In this document: piece after piece, positions 24,001 to 31,310 of the stretch
Position numbering within the stretch: the first letter of the stretch is position 1
Layout: each line of letters opens with the position of its first letter
NCBI GenBank assembly: GCA_035687255.1
Contig: DASRYI010000083.1
Span: 1 to 42,360, forward strand
Direction of reading: 5' to 3'
DNA length: 42,360 nucleotides
Origin: Candidatus Krumholzibacteriia bacterium
Lineage (GTDB): Bacteria; Krumholzibacteriota; Krumholzibacteriia; WVZY01; JAKEHA01
Position numbers and translations under genes: made by a program
The notes under the pieces: model-generated
The model's input: the letters and a program-made list of their open reading frames with translations, nothing else
Database searches by the model: none
What the model was told of the DNA's origin: nothing

Positions 24001-26031
24001 CGCGCTCTCGGCGCGGAACGACAGCGTCGCCTGTCCCAATGCGTTGGTGGTACCCACCTTGTAGTCGTCACTGCCCTTGGACAGACACACGGTCGCGAAT
24101 TGCAGCGGGTTTCCCCCTTTGGTCACCGTTACCGTAATCGAGTTGGTGCCCTTGTTCACGCTCGAGGGAAAGGCCACGGCCATGGTGGAAACCGGCCCGG
24201 TCCACAACGGCATTTCAGGGTCGGCCAGCAAGGTATAGGTGAAGTGCGTCCAGCGGTCGCCGGCGTCGGACGCTTCGGCGTACGCGGTACGCGCTTCCCG
24301 CGAGCGGGCAAAGGCCTCGCCGATGTGCACCACGTTCTGATTGAACAGGAGGTCGTAGTACTCATCGAGGTAATCGGTGGCGACGGTGGGAAACGCGCTG
24401 TCGTTGGAACCGACCACCGACACCGCTCCACCGTTCACGACGCGCAGGAAGTGCTCCGCCAGGCACTCGTAGGTGTACGCACAGGCGGTGCAGTTCAGCA
24501 GGTTCATGTTGGACAGCTTGACGCCGTTGGTGAGCCCATCGGCGTCCGCGTTCACCAGGCTGGCGTCACCACACGACATGTTGAATCGAAACCCGTGCCC
24601 GATGTGCACCACATGGTTGTATCCGGTGTTGAGCGAATCGATGGCCGCCTGCCGCGTTTCCGGCAACGAGCCCGGATACAGGCTGTAGGTTTCATAGTTG
24701 CGGGCCACGGAGAGCCCCGGGGCGGTGAGATCGGAAAGCCGGATGTATTCGGCGAGGTCGGCGCCGTTGAGGGTGATGGTGTCTCCAGGGTGGTAGTTGG
24801 ACGGAAACAGCACTTCGCCCAGCATCAGGATCTTTTTCTCGTACGTGGTGTTCACCGGTGTCTCGTAGTTCTTTACCTTGCCGACCATCAGGTTGACTTC
24901 CGCGTTGTTGCGCGTCGGCAGCCGGCCCACGTACACCTCGGCCCACAGGTCGGCGTTGTCCGAACCAAATTCGCCGAACACGGCGTCGTGGTCGGCGTTC
25001 CAATCGCCGTCGAGACAGCCGAAGTACATGTCGACGGGAATGCTGCTGCCTACGCCGGACGGATAGAACGCGCTGTAGGCCATGCGCACCGGAATCTGGG
25101 CGACATCCCCGCCCAGCAGCAGATACTTGATCCCCCACAGTGAGTAGGCGTCTTTCACGAAATTGCGGATGGTCTCCGCCATGTCGGAGCCGTTGCGATA
25201 ATTGGCAGCGATCCATTCGGTCGTGCGCACCACGGTGGGAACGCCCTTGCTGGTCTTCCAGTCCGCCAGCACCTGATACGCGGCCGCGAGCGAGTCATTG
25301 GTCACGATCACGTAGTCGACCGGGCTCCCCTCGAGCGACGGGTACGTGGATGCGGTGAACCCGCTGTGCGTCTCGGGCACCACCACTTCCGTGAAGGCGT
25401 ACGCGGACAGCGCCTCGGGATTGACGACCATGTGTTCGAGATTCTGGCGCACGCTTTCCCGCCATCCGTCGCGATGGCGTACACGCGCCGCCGTCGTGCT
25501 CGTCAACGGACGCGTGTCGATGCGCAGTTCGACGTCCGACGCGCGCCGCAGAGATCCCGAGTCGGTCCCGAACGGATACACCGCAAAACTGGCCACCTGA
25601 TATCCACACAGGGTGCCGGTACCGAGATACTCCACCCGCTGGGACGCATCGCGCGTGCGGGATGGCGCCGTCACACGCTCACCCTCGGTTCCCACCAGAT
25701 CGCCGGCGGCGGCAGGCGCAAATGTGTCAGCCATTCGGGTCTCGCCAGAAAACGTGAACGAGAAGGTGTCCACTTCCTGGCCCTGGGGAAGAACGATGCG
25801 AACGGTACGGCGTGGAAGTTCGGTTGCGCCCGGCGTCCGCGGCACATCCCACCCGGAACCGCGCAGCGCAATGCGATCGCCGTCGGTCTCGTGCGAAACC
25901 GTTGCGGGATCACCCGGCAGCGAAACCGTGTACGTGAGCCGGTCGGCATGGGCCGGCGTACTGAGAACGAAGGGGGCGGAAACAACCGTGCAGCACAGGG
26001 CCAGCAGTCGTGCAACGGGTCCCTTGGTCAT
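21076..26031 (-). CDS. Giant secreted protein, paralogue 1 of 3: gingipain-like C25 cysteine peptidase + beta-sandwich modules + FN3 + ~8 FG-GAP/VCBS repeats + T9SS-type C-terminal domain (1651 aa)
   Basis: Track frame trimmed to ATG 26031, which is preceded by GGAGG. The signal peptide is MTKGPVARLLALCCTVVSAPFVLSTPAHA. The C25-like block is DYVIVT..ADWKTSKGVPTVVRTTEWI..YLLLGGD..DMYFGCLDGDWN..VYVGRLP..YETPV..HIGHGFRFNM..LLNCT..ADPEMPLW. The FN3 stretch is LQLTWSPS..YNVYRS..YYYKATAVDVSGNES. Repeats include GDIDGDGGQDIVVG, ADIDGDGKDEIIVG, GDVDGNGSLEIVV, ADIDGDGLRDVLIG and TDVDGDGKVDIVAAG. The C-terminal tail is LGQNYPNPFNPTTKIDYWVPD..YDVRGARVRTL..PVSSGIYFYRM..TRKMVLLK. Confidence 0.9.
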   Translation of the reverse strand: MTKGPVARLLALCCTVVSAPFVLSTPAHADRLTYTVSLPGDPATVSHETDGDRIALRGSGWDVPRTPGATELPRRTVRIVLPQGQEVDTFSFTFSGETRMADTFAPAAAGDLVGTEGERVTAPSRTRDASQRVEYLGTGTLCGYQVASFAVYPFGTDSGSLRRASDVELRIDTRPLTSTTAARVRHRDGWRESVRQNLEHMVVNPEALSAYAFTEVVVPETHSGFTASTYPSLEGSPVDYVIVTNDSLAAAYQVLADWKTSKGVPTVVRTTEWIAANYRNGSDMAETIRNFVKDAYSLWGIKYLLLGGDVAQIPVRMAYSAFYPSGVGSSIPVDMYFGCLDGDWNADHDAVFGEFGSDNADLWAEVYVGRLPTRNNAEVNLMVGKVKNYETPVNTTYEKKILMLGEVLFPSNYHPGDTITLNGADLAEYIRLSDLTAPGLSVARNYETYSLYPGSLPETRQAAIDSLNTGYNHVVHIGHGFRFNMSCGDASLVNADADGLTNGVKLSNMNLLNCTACAYTYECLAEHFLRVVNGGAVSVVGSNDSAFPTVATDYLDEYYDLLFNQNVVHIGEAFARSREARTAYAEASDAGDRWTHFTYTLLADPEMPLWTGPVSTMAVAFPSSVNKGTNSITVTVTKGGNPLQFATVCLSKGSDDYKVGTTNALGQATLSFRAESAGTIDVVVTALNCKRYEGTITVGGTGAYLAINSITIDDDNTGGTSGNGNGVIDGGETVDLGFSLKNNGTATSGSVSVVLRAGTAGVTVVDSTAAGTTIAAGATQTMTGGCRVSFASSLTDQQAIPFTLIIKNNGIETWRDTFKKLVHEPNLSLVKLRIDDTGTGNGDGVVQAGEQFKLFYKVKNFGTGAYPGGTMTAYDLDGAFTIGGGGTSAYASIPSLGSIENTTGFTLTESSVATEHRLRLRLVDLFGRAYEDTVELRPPGPPTNIVIDPSIGPDRLQLTWSPSPSTDVMYYNVYRSLSGAGPFTQVNVDPVPHTLFMNTGLSPTTTYYYKATAVDVSGNESAMSAVYSGSTNPAQLAGWPIAMESETVSSVAVGDIDGDGGQDIVVGDKYVYAWHANGIELIDGDSNPLSWGVLSTQGQSYVGHVALARMDGTKGLDIVAASRDTKQVYIFRYDGTVLPGWPRPVENNIRAGVAVGDINNDNLFEVVAIDELGVLYVWKSDGTEYRDGDSNPATQGVFARLTGCSLQYSVPALADIDGDGKDEIIVGTQGNQLFAFNDDGTNVPGFPVALSDDIAGSPAVGDVDGNGSLEIVVNIKDGHVRCIKNNGTDLWSRTTIGNTYFFAPSPAIGDVTGDGKLETFVPTYNGKLYGLTSTGADLPGFPTTYSATTYTESSPVIADIDGDGLRDVLIGSEEKKIWAWNRNGVVLAGFPLTTGDAMRSVPTVTDVDGDGKVDIVAAGWDKNVYVWHFNSPWNPANAPWPRFHANLHNNGRVGYLQPTPVAGTRFAFTLADNRINLEWNVPVEAGRTFDVYRAPVQGGTTGVFQRIARGVNATPDGRVQVSDTSVEMGDEYVYRLSGETGVVHETGMLYVPVSRAALGQNYPNPFNPTTKIDYWVPDGARSGAQAGVSLIVYDVRGARVRTLVSGPKDAGRYVAVWDGRDDAGSPVSSGIYFYRMTAPGFATTRKMVLLK
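21079..21360 (-). other. Paralogue 1: T9SS type-A-like / FlgD-Ig-like C-terminal domain, approx. aa 1558-1651
   Basis: LGQNYPNPFNPTTKIDY ... IYFYRM ... RKMVLLK matches my memory of the Por_Secre_tail (TIGR04183) consensus. Confidence 0.65.
21712..22929 (-). other. Paralogue 1: FG-GAP/VCBS repeat region (about eight repeats, putative beta-propeller), approx. aa 1035-1440
   Basis: The unit (P)G(W/F)P ... x-D-(I/V)-(D/N/T)-G-D-G ... (I/V)V recurs about eight times (counted by eye). Confidence 0.65.
24196..25320 (-). other. Paralogue 1: C25 (gingipain-like) catalytic domain, approx. aa 238-612
   Basis: The boundaries were set by eye, from DYVIVTNDS to ADPEMPLW. The putative catalytic His479 codon is at 24595-24597 (GHG context). 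The putative catalytic Cys514 codon is at 24490-24492 (LLNC context). Confidence 0.6.
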
Positions 26032-26238
26032 GAGGCCTCCACGGCAGTGCCATTCCGGACTGGAAAGCCGGCGGCCTGCACGTCTCAACTGGTTCTGCCC
26101 GGTCCGCCTGCCAGAACGCGGCACCGAACGATCTTCAAAACTGACCTGTCGATGGAGATGTAAAATCCGTTGTTGGTAGCAGAGATGCCGTGCCGTGAAC
26201 TCCCGCGGTTGTTCGACACTTCAAAAGCAGCGAATCAC

Positions 26239-26267
26239 AGTATATCGCATGCGGACACCGGCGTCAA
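26239..26267 (-). promoter_or_regulatory. Near-consensus sigma70-type promoter in front of paralogue 1
   Basis: Minus-strand reading: TTGACG (26267-26262), 17-nt spacer, TATACT (26244-26239). This implies a leader of about 200 nt before ATG 26031. Confidence 0.55.
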
Positions 26268-26316
26268 CGGGAAGGTGCATCACCGACCGTGGACAACAGA
26301 AAGTCCCTCCACAAAT

Positions 26317-29300
26317 CTACTTGAGAAGAACCATCTTGCGAACTCCCGAGAAACTTCCCGTCACCATGCGGTAGAAGTAGATACCGGAACTCACCGGGCT
26401 GCCGGCTTCGTCGCGACCGTCCCACTGCGCCACATAGCGTCCCGCGCTCATCGGCCCCGATGCCAGGGTGCGCACCCGCGCGCCCCGCACGTCATACACC
26501 ACCACGCTGACGGTGGACTTCCCGCCTCCCGGGGCGTCGGGAACCCAGTAGTCGATCTTCGTCACCGGGTTGAACGGGTTGGGATAGTTCTGTCCCAGTT
26601 CCGCGTGACTTACGGGTACGTACAGCGCGCCCGTCTCGTACACCACGCCGGTCTCACCGCTCAGCCGGTACACATAACGGCTGCCCATGTCGACGCCCGC
26701 ATCCGTCACCTGGACGCGGCCGTCCACGCCCGCATTGACGCCACGGGCAATCCGCTGGAAGCCGCCGGTGGCGCCGTTGTCAACCACAGCGCGTTGCACA
26801 TCGAACGTTCTTCCGGCCTCCACAGGCACGTTCCATTCCAGATGAATGCGTTCGTCGGCCACCGTGAAGGTGAAGCGTGTTCCCGCCACCGGCGTCGGCA
26901 CTACATAGTTGATCCGGCCGTTGTTGTGCAGGTTCGCATGGAAGCGCGGCCAGGGTGCGTCGGCCGGATTCCAGATTGCGTTGGAATCCCAGACGTACAC
27001 ATTCTTGTCCCAGCCGGCCGCCACCAGGTCCACCTGTCCGTCGCCGTCCAAATCGGACACCGTGGGCACGCCGCGCATGGCATCATTGGTGAACAGCGGG
27101 AAGCCCGCCACCGGCTGCCCCTGCATATTGAAGGCGTGAATGTAACGCGATTCGTCGCCGATGAGGATGTCCGGCGAACCATCGCCGTCCAGGTCGGCGA
27201 TGACCGGCGACGATTCCGTGTACTGCCCGCTGGTGTTGTAGTACACGGGGAAATTGGGCAGATAATTGCCCGCGTAATCCACTCCGTAGAGCCGGCCGTT
27301 CTTGGCCGGGACGAAGACTTCCAGCTTGGAGTCTCCCATCACGTCGCCGATCGCGGGTGACGGCGAGAAGAAGGACGCCCCGTTGGTGAAGAAACCCAGC
27401 GAATGATCGACGCCGTTGTGATCGATCCGGTGCAGGGGTCCGTTGAGCTCGTACACTACGATGTCCAGCCAGCCGTCGCCATCCACGTCGCCGACCGCCG
27501 GACTTCCGGAGATGTCACCAGTAAGTGCAAACGGGAATCCCGGCAGGACAGTTCCGTCTCCGTTGAACACGAATACCTGGTCACCCTGCGAGCCGACGAT
27601 CAACTCATCCGTGCCGTCGGCGTCGATGTCCGCGACCGCGGGCGTGGAGTAATTCAACGTGCACCCGGTCATGCGGTAGAACACGCCCTGGGTGGCGGGG
27701 TTGGAGTCTCCGTCGATCAATTCCGTTCCATCGGCGTGCCACACGTAGATAACACCGAGTTCGTCCACGGCGATCACTTCGAACTTCCCGTCTCCATCCA
27801 GGTCGCCCGCCACCAGGCCGGCACGAATCGTGTTTTCGACGGGGCGCGGCCAGCCCGGCAGAACCGTTCCGTCGTGTTTGAAGATGTAGACTTCCTTGGT
27901 ATCGCGCGACGCGGCGATGATATCGAGCCCCGGGTCGAGATCCATGCGCGCCAGTGCGGGATGCGACACGAACGAGCTTCCCAACGATGACAACACGCCC
28001 CAGGTCTGGGCATCGTGGTCGCCGTCGACCATCTCAATGCCGTTGGAGTGCCACGCATACACTTTGTCGGCGCATTCCACGATGTCAGGGTTGCCGTCTC
28101 CATCGATGTCGCCCACAGCAGGAGACGACGTGGTTTCCACCTTCATCGCAATCGGCCATCCCGAAAGCTGGGGCGGATTCGTACTTCCCGAGTAGGTGAG
28201 CGACACCGCACTCTCGTTACCCGAGGTATCGATGGTGGTGGCCCGGAAGAAGTACTGTGTGTTGCCACTCAGGCCGCCACTCACGTAAAACGCGTTCGAC
28301 ACCGGGTCGGGGTTGGCGAGCGTATAGGGTCCGCCGGACGCCAGGGACTGGTAAAGATTGTAGTGTGACGCGTCTCCCGAGATGCTCGGTGTCCACGACA
28401 CGCGCAGCTTGTCCGGACCCAGGCTCGGATCCACCACCAGCGCGGTGGGCGGCTGCGGTGGTCGCAGCTCGATGGTGTCGGAATAGTTGCGGCCTTTCGC
28501 ATCCACAATGGTCACGCCGAGACGGTGTCCGGTCGCGATGCTGGGCTCAACCAGCACCAGACCGGCTGTGTTCTCGATCTCCGACAGCGACGCCGCCGTG
28601 CCGTACGTATCCGCTCCGTTGATGATATTGAACCCTGCGTCGAGATCGGTCACCACCAGCGTCCCGCCCGGAAACGCGCCGGTGCCGAAATTCTTGATCT
28701 TGTAGTACAGCTTGAACTGTTCTCCGGCGTCCACCACGCCATTGCCGTTGCCGGTGCCACTGTCGTCGATGCGCAGTCGCACCAGATCGAGCTTCGGCTG
28801 GTGAATGTCCCGTTTGAACGTGTCGCGCCACATTTCCGTGCCGTTGTCCTTGATGACGAGCACGTACGGAACGGAATGTTCGTCGGGCGTGCTGGCGCTC
28901 AGCTCCACGCGGCACCCGCCGGTCATGACGCCGGTGCCCCCCGGCGCAATCGTCCCCCCGCTGGCGGTGCTGTCCACCACCGTGGCCGCGCCGTCGCCGC
29001 TGCGCAGCACCACGCTCACGGTTCCCGTCGAGGCCGATCCGGTGTTGCGCAGCGTGAAGCCTAGATCGACGATCTCGCCACCTTCAATGATGCCGTTCCC
29101 GTTGCCCGAGGTTCCTCCCACGTTGTCGTCGTCAACGGTGATGTTGTCGATGCGCACATACGCCGCGCTGTTGGTCACGGTGATGGTATCCGTCGCACGT
29201 GCGTGGTTGCGCCCGGTGGCCACCACCGTAATCGACCCCGTGGTCTCGGCGCGGAAGGACAATGTGACCTGCCCGCTGCCGTCGGTGCTGCCGACCTGGT

Positions 29301-31266
29301 AGTCCTCGTCGTCTTTCGACAGGCACACCATGGCCGAGTCCACCGGATTGCCATTGTCCGTCACCGTGACCGTGATGGAGTTGGTGCCGGTGGCAACCGA
29401 GGACGGATGGCTGAGCGCCAGCGTGGTGACGGGGCCGGTCCACATCGGCATCTCCGGATCGCCGAGCAACGTGTAGATGTAATGTGTCCACAGGTCGATG
29501 TAGTCGCCCGACTCCGCCAGCGGGGTGCGCGGCAGACGTGAACGCGCAAACACTTCGCCCAGGTGCACGACGTTCGTCTGGAACAGCAGCCGGTAGTACT
29601 CATTCATGTAGTACTGCGATGCATTCGGGAAGGCGCTGTTGTTGGCGCCGATCACGGAAACAGCGCCGCCGTTGGGGTTGCGCAGGAAGTGTTCGGCGAT
29701 GCACGAGTAGTTGTAGGCCGCGCCGGTACAATTCAGCATGAACAGACAGAACTGCTTGTTGCCGTTGGTCAGCGCGTCGGCATCCGAGTTCACAATACTC
29801 ACGTCGCCCACTTCCATGTTGAACCGGAACCCGTGTCCCACGTGCACGACATGGTCGTATCCGTTGTTGAGCGAATCGATGACCGCCACGCGGTTTTCGT
29901 CCACGGAACCCGGGAACAATTCCTCGGTCTCATACATGCGCGCGATGTAGAGGTTGGGGTTCGTCATGTAGCTGGTTCGCACATATTCGGTGAGATCGGC
30001 GCCGTTGAGCGTGATGGGCTGCGGCGGCACCCATCCCATCGGGAACAGCACTTCGCCGAGCAGAAGCACCCGCTTGCCGTTGTTGACGTTTACGGGGGTC
30101 TCGTAGTTCATGACTTTGCTGATCATCAGGTTGGCCTCGGCAACCGAATCCGACGGCAGACGCCCAACGTAGACTTCCGCATACAGGTCGGGACTGTCGA
30201 CCGTACCGCCCTCCCCGAATACATCGTCGTGATCGCCGTTCCAGTCGCCGTCCAGGCATCCGAAATACATGTCGGCGGGCAGGAACTGGCCGCCGTCATA
30301 GAAGCCGCTGTACGCCAGACGCGGCGGGATTTCGGCCGTGTCACCACCCAGCAGCACATACGTGATTCCCCACTTGGTGTAGGCGTCGATCACGAAGTTG
30401 CGGATGGTCTCCTGGATGTCGGAACCGTTACGATAGTGCGCGGCAATCCATTCCGTGGTGCGCACCACGGTGGGCACGCCCTTGGCCGTCTTCCAGTCGG
30501 CAAGCGTCTGATAGGCGGCCGCCATCGAATCCGGCGTCACGATCACGTAGTCCACGGCGCTCCCTTCGAGCGAAGGAAACGACGTGGGCTGGAATCCACC
30601 GGGACGTTTCGCGACGGGAATCTCGTTGAACACGTAGGCACCCGCATCGCGCGGATTGATGACCATGCTGGCAAGTTCGTCGCGCGCCCGCGCGCGTATC
30701 TGCGGCGAAAGTCGCTGTAGAAGCGTGGGCTGAATGCGCGCCGAAGGCGCGCTTTCCACGTCCAGCGTCACGTCCGAAGCCACCACCTGGCCGTCTTCCA
30801 CCCGCACCGCATACACCGCGAAGCTCGCGATGGTGTAACCGTGCAGGATGCCCGTGGACAGCAACCGGGCGGACTGCGCGGGAAAAACGTCTCCTTCACC
30901 CGACACCATCATGGCCGACATTCCCGGCCGCCCATCTTCACTGACGGCGGACGTGGCGGTGGCGAGATGGTCGGCCGACGTGAGAACGCGCGTATCGCCG
31001 GCGGTTACGTGAAACGACGTGACGTCTTCCCCCTGCGGGAGGAGGACCGATACGACGCGATACGGGAGCGCGGGTTGGCCTGGCTCGTCGAGCACGCTGA
31101 ACCCGGGATCATCGACGCGTATCGACGTGACACCCCCCGACTGCTCGACGTGAACACGCCCGGAGGGAAACGGGAGAGAAAAAGAGCGATTGCCGGCGGC
31201 GGCAATGGAAACCGAGCACACCACTAGCGCGGAGGAAAGTGCAAGCAATCTGACAGCGCGTCCCAT
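26317..31266 (-). CDS. Giant secreted protein, paralogue 2 of 3: C25 peptidase + beta-sandwich modules + FN3 + FG-GAP repeats + T9SS-type C-terminal domain (1649 aa)
   Basis: ATG 31266 is preceded by GGGAGG. The signal peptide is MGRAVRLLALSSALVVCSVSIAAA. The protein is colinear with paralogue 1 throughout. The His478 codon is at 29833-29835 and the Cys513 codon at 29728-29730. The tail is LGQNYPNPFNPVTKIDYWVPD...VRKMVLLK. Confidence 0.9.
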   Translation of the reverse strand: MGRAVRLLALSSALVVCSVSIAAAGNRSFSLPFPSGRVHVEQSGGVTSIRVDDPGFSVLDEPGQPALPYRVVSVLLPQGEDVTSFHVTAGDTRVLTSADHLATATSAVSEDGRPGMSAMMVSGEGDVFPAQSARLLSTGILHGYTIASFAVYAVRVEDGQVVASDVTLDVESAPSARIQPTLLQRLSPQIRARARDELASMVINPRDAGAYVFNEIPVAKRPGGFQPTSFPSLEGSAVDYVIVTPDSMAAAYQTLADWKTAKGVPTVVRTTEWIAAHYRNGSDIQETIRNFVIDAYTKWGITYVLLGGDTAEIPPRLAYSGFYDGGQFLPADMYFGCLDGDWNGDHDDVFGEGGTVDSPDLYAEVYVGRLPSDSVAEANLMISKVMNYETPVNVNNGKRVLLLGEVLFPMGWVPPQPITLNGADLTEYVRTSYMTNPNLYIARMYETEELFPGSVDENRVAVIDSLNNGYDHVVHVGHGFRFNMEVGDVSIVNSDADALTNGNKQFCLFMLNCTGAAYNYSCIAEHFLRNPNGGAVSVIGANNSAFPNASQYYMNEYYRLLFQTNVVHLGEVFARSRLPRTPLAESGDYIDLWTHYIYTLLGDPEMPMWTGPVTTLALSHPSSVATGTNSITVTVTDNGNPVDSAMVCLSKDDEDYQVGSTDGSGQVTLSFRAETTGSITVVATGRNHARATDTITVTNSAAYVRIDNITVDDDNVGGTSGNGNGIIEGGEIVDLGFTLRNTGSASTGTVSVVLRSGDGAATVVDSTASGGTIAPGGTGVMTGGCRVELSASTPDEHSVPYVLVIKDNGTEMWRDTFKRDIHQPKLDLVRLRIDDSGTGNGNGVVDAGEQFKLYYKIKNFGTGAFPGGTLVVTDLDAGFNIINGADTYGTAASLSEIENTAGLVLVEPSIATGHRLGVTIVDAKGRNYSDTIELRPPQPPTALVVDPSLGPDKLRVSWTPSISGDASHYNLYQSLASGGPYTLANPDPVSNAFYVSGGLSGNTQYFFRATTIDTSGNESAVSLTYSGSTNPPQLSGWPIAMKVETTSSPAVGDIDGDGNPDIVECADKVYAWHSNGIEMVDGDHDAQTWGVLSSLGSSFVSHPALARMDLDPGLDIIAASRDTKEVYIFKHDGTVLPGWPRPVENTIRAGLVAGDLDGDGKFEVIAVDELGVIYVWHADGTELIDGDSNPATQGVFYRMTGCTLNYSTPAVADIDADGTDELIVGSQGDQVFVFNGDGTVLPGFPFALTGDISGSPAVGDVDGDGWLDIVVYELNGPLHRIDHNGVDHSLGFFTNGASFFSPSPAIGDVMGDSKLEVFVPAKNGRLYGVDYAGNYLPNFPVYYNTSGQYTESSPVIADLDGDGSPDILIGDESRYIHAFNMQGQPVAGFPLFTNDAMRGVPTVSDLDGDGQVDLVAAGWDKNVYVWDSNAIWNPADAPWPRFHANLHNNGRINYVVPTPVAGTRFTFTVADERIHLEWNVPVEAGRTFDVQRAVVDNGATGGFQRIARGVNAGVDGRVQVTDAGVDMGSRYVYRLSGETGVVYETGALYVPVSHAELGQNYPNPFNPVTKIDYWVPDAPGGGKSTVSVVVYDVRGARVRTLASGPMSAGRYVAQWDGRDEAGSPVSSGIYFYRMVTGSFSGVRKMVLLK

Positions 31267-31274
31267 GACGACCT

Positions 31275-31298
31275 CCCGCGGCCGCTAAGGCCGCCGGG
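31275..31298 (-). promoter_or_regulatory. Intercistronic stem-loop overlapping the Shine-Dalgarno site of paralogue 2
   Basis: On the mRNA strand: CCCGGCGGCC-uuagc-GGCCGCGGG, a 9-bp stem with one bulged base. The last GGG forms the first half of the GGGAGG Shine-Dalgarno site (31272-31277). No U-tract follows. The whole gap between paralogue 3 and paralogue 2 is only 44 nt. Confidence 0.35.
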
Positions 31299-31310
31299 AA
31301 TCTATCCCGA

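Noticed and set aside
26032-26124. N-terminal extensions implied by the longest-ORF track for paralogue 1. The same applies to etfA (18859-19038), clpB (39169-39279), the STAS gene (10101-10178), acd (20907-20990), tyrS (11539-11601), exbB (4520-4561) and hppA (7164-7235).
   Set aside because: The extensions are Arg/Pro-rich and lack family similarity. The internal starts are preceded by good Shine-Dalgarno sites and give canonical N-termini or signal peptides.
31275-31298. The junction hairpin between paralogues 3 and 2, considered as an intrinsic terminator.
   Set aside because: It has no U-tract and it overlaps the downstream ribosome-binding site. It is better explained as an intercistronic structure, and is reported as such with low confidence.
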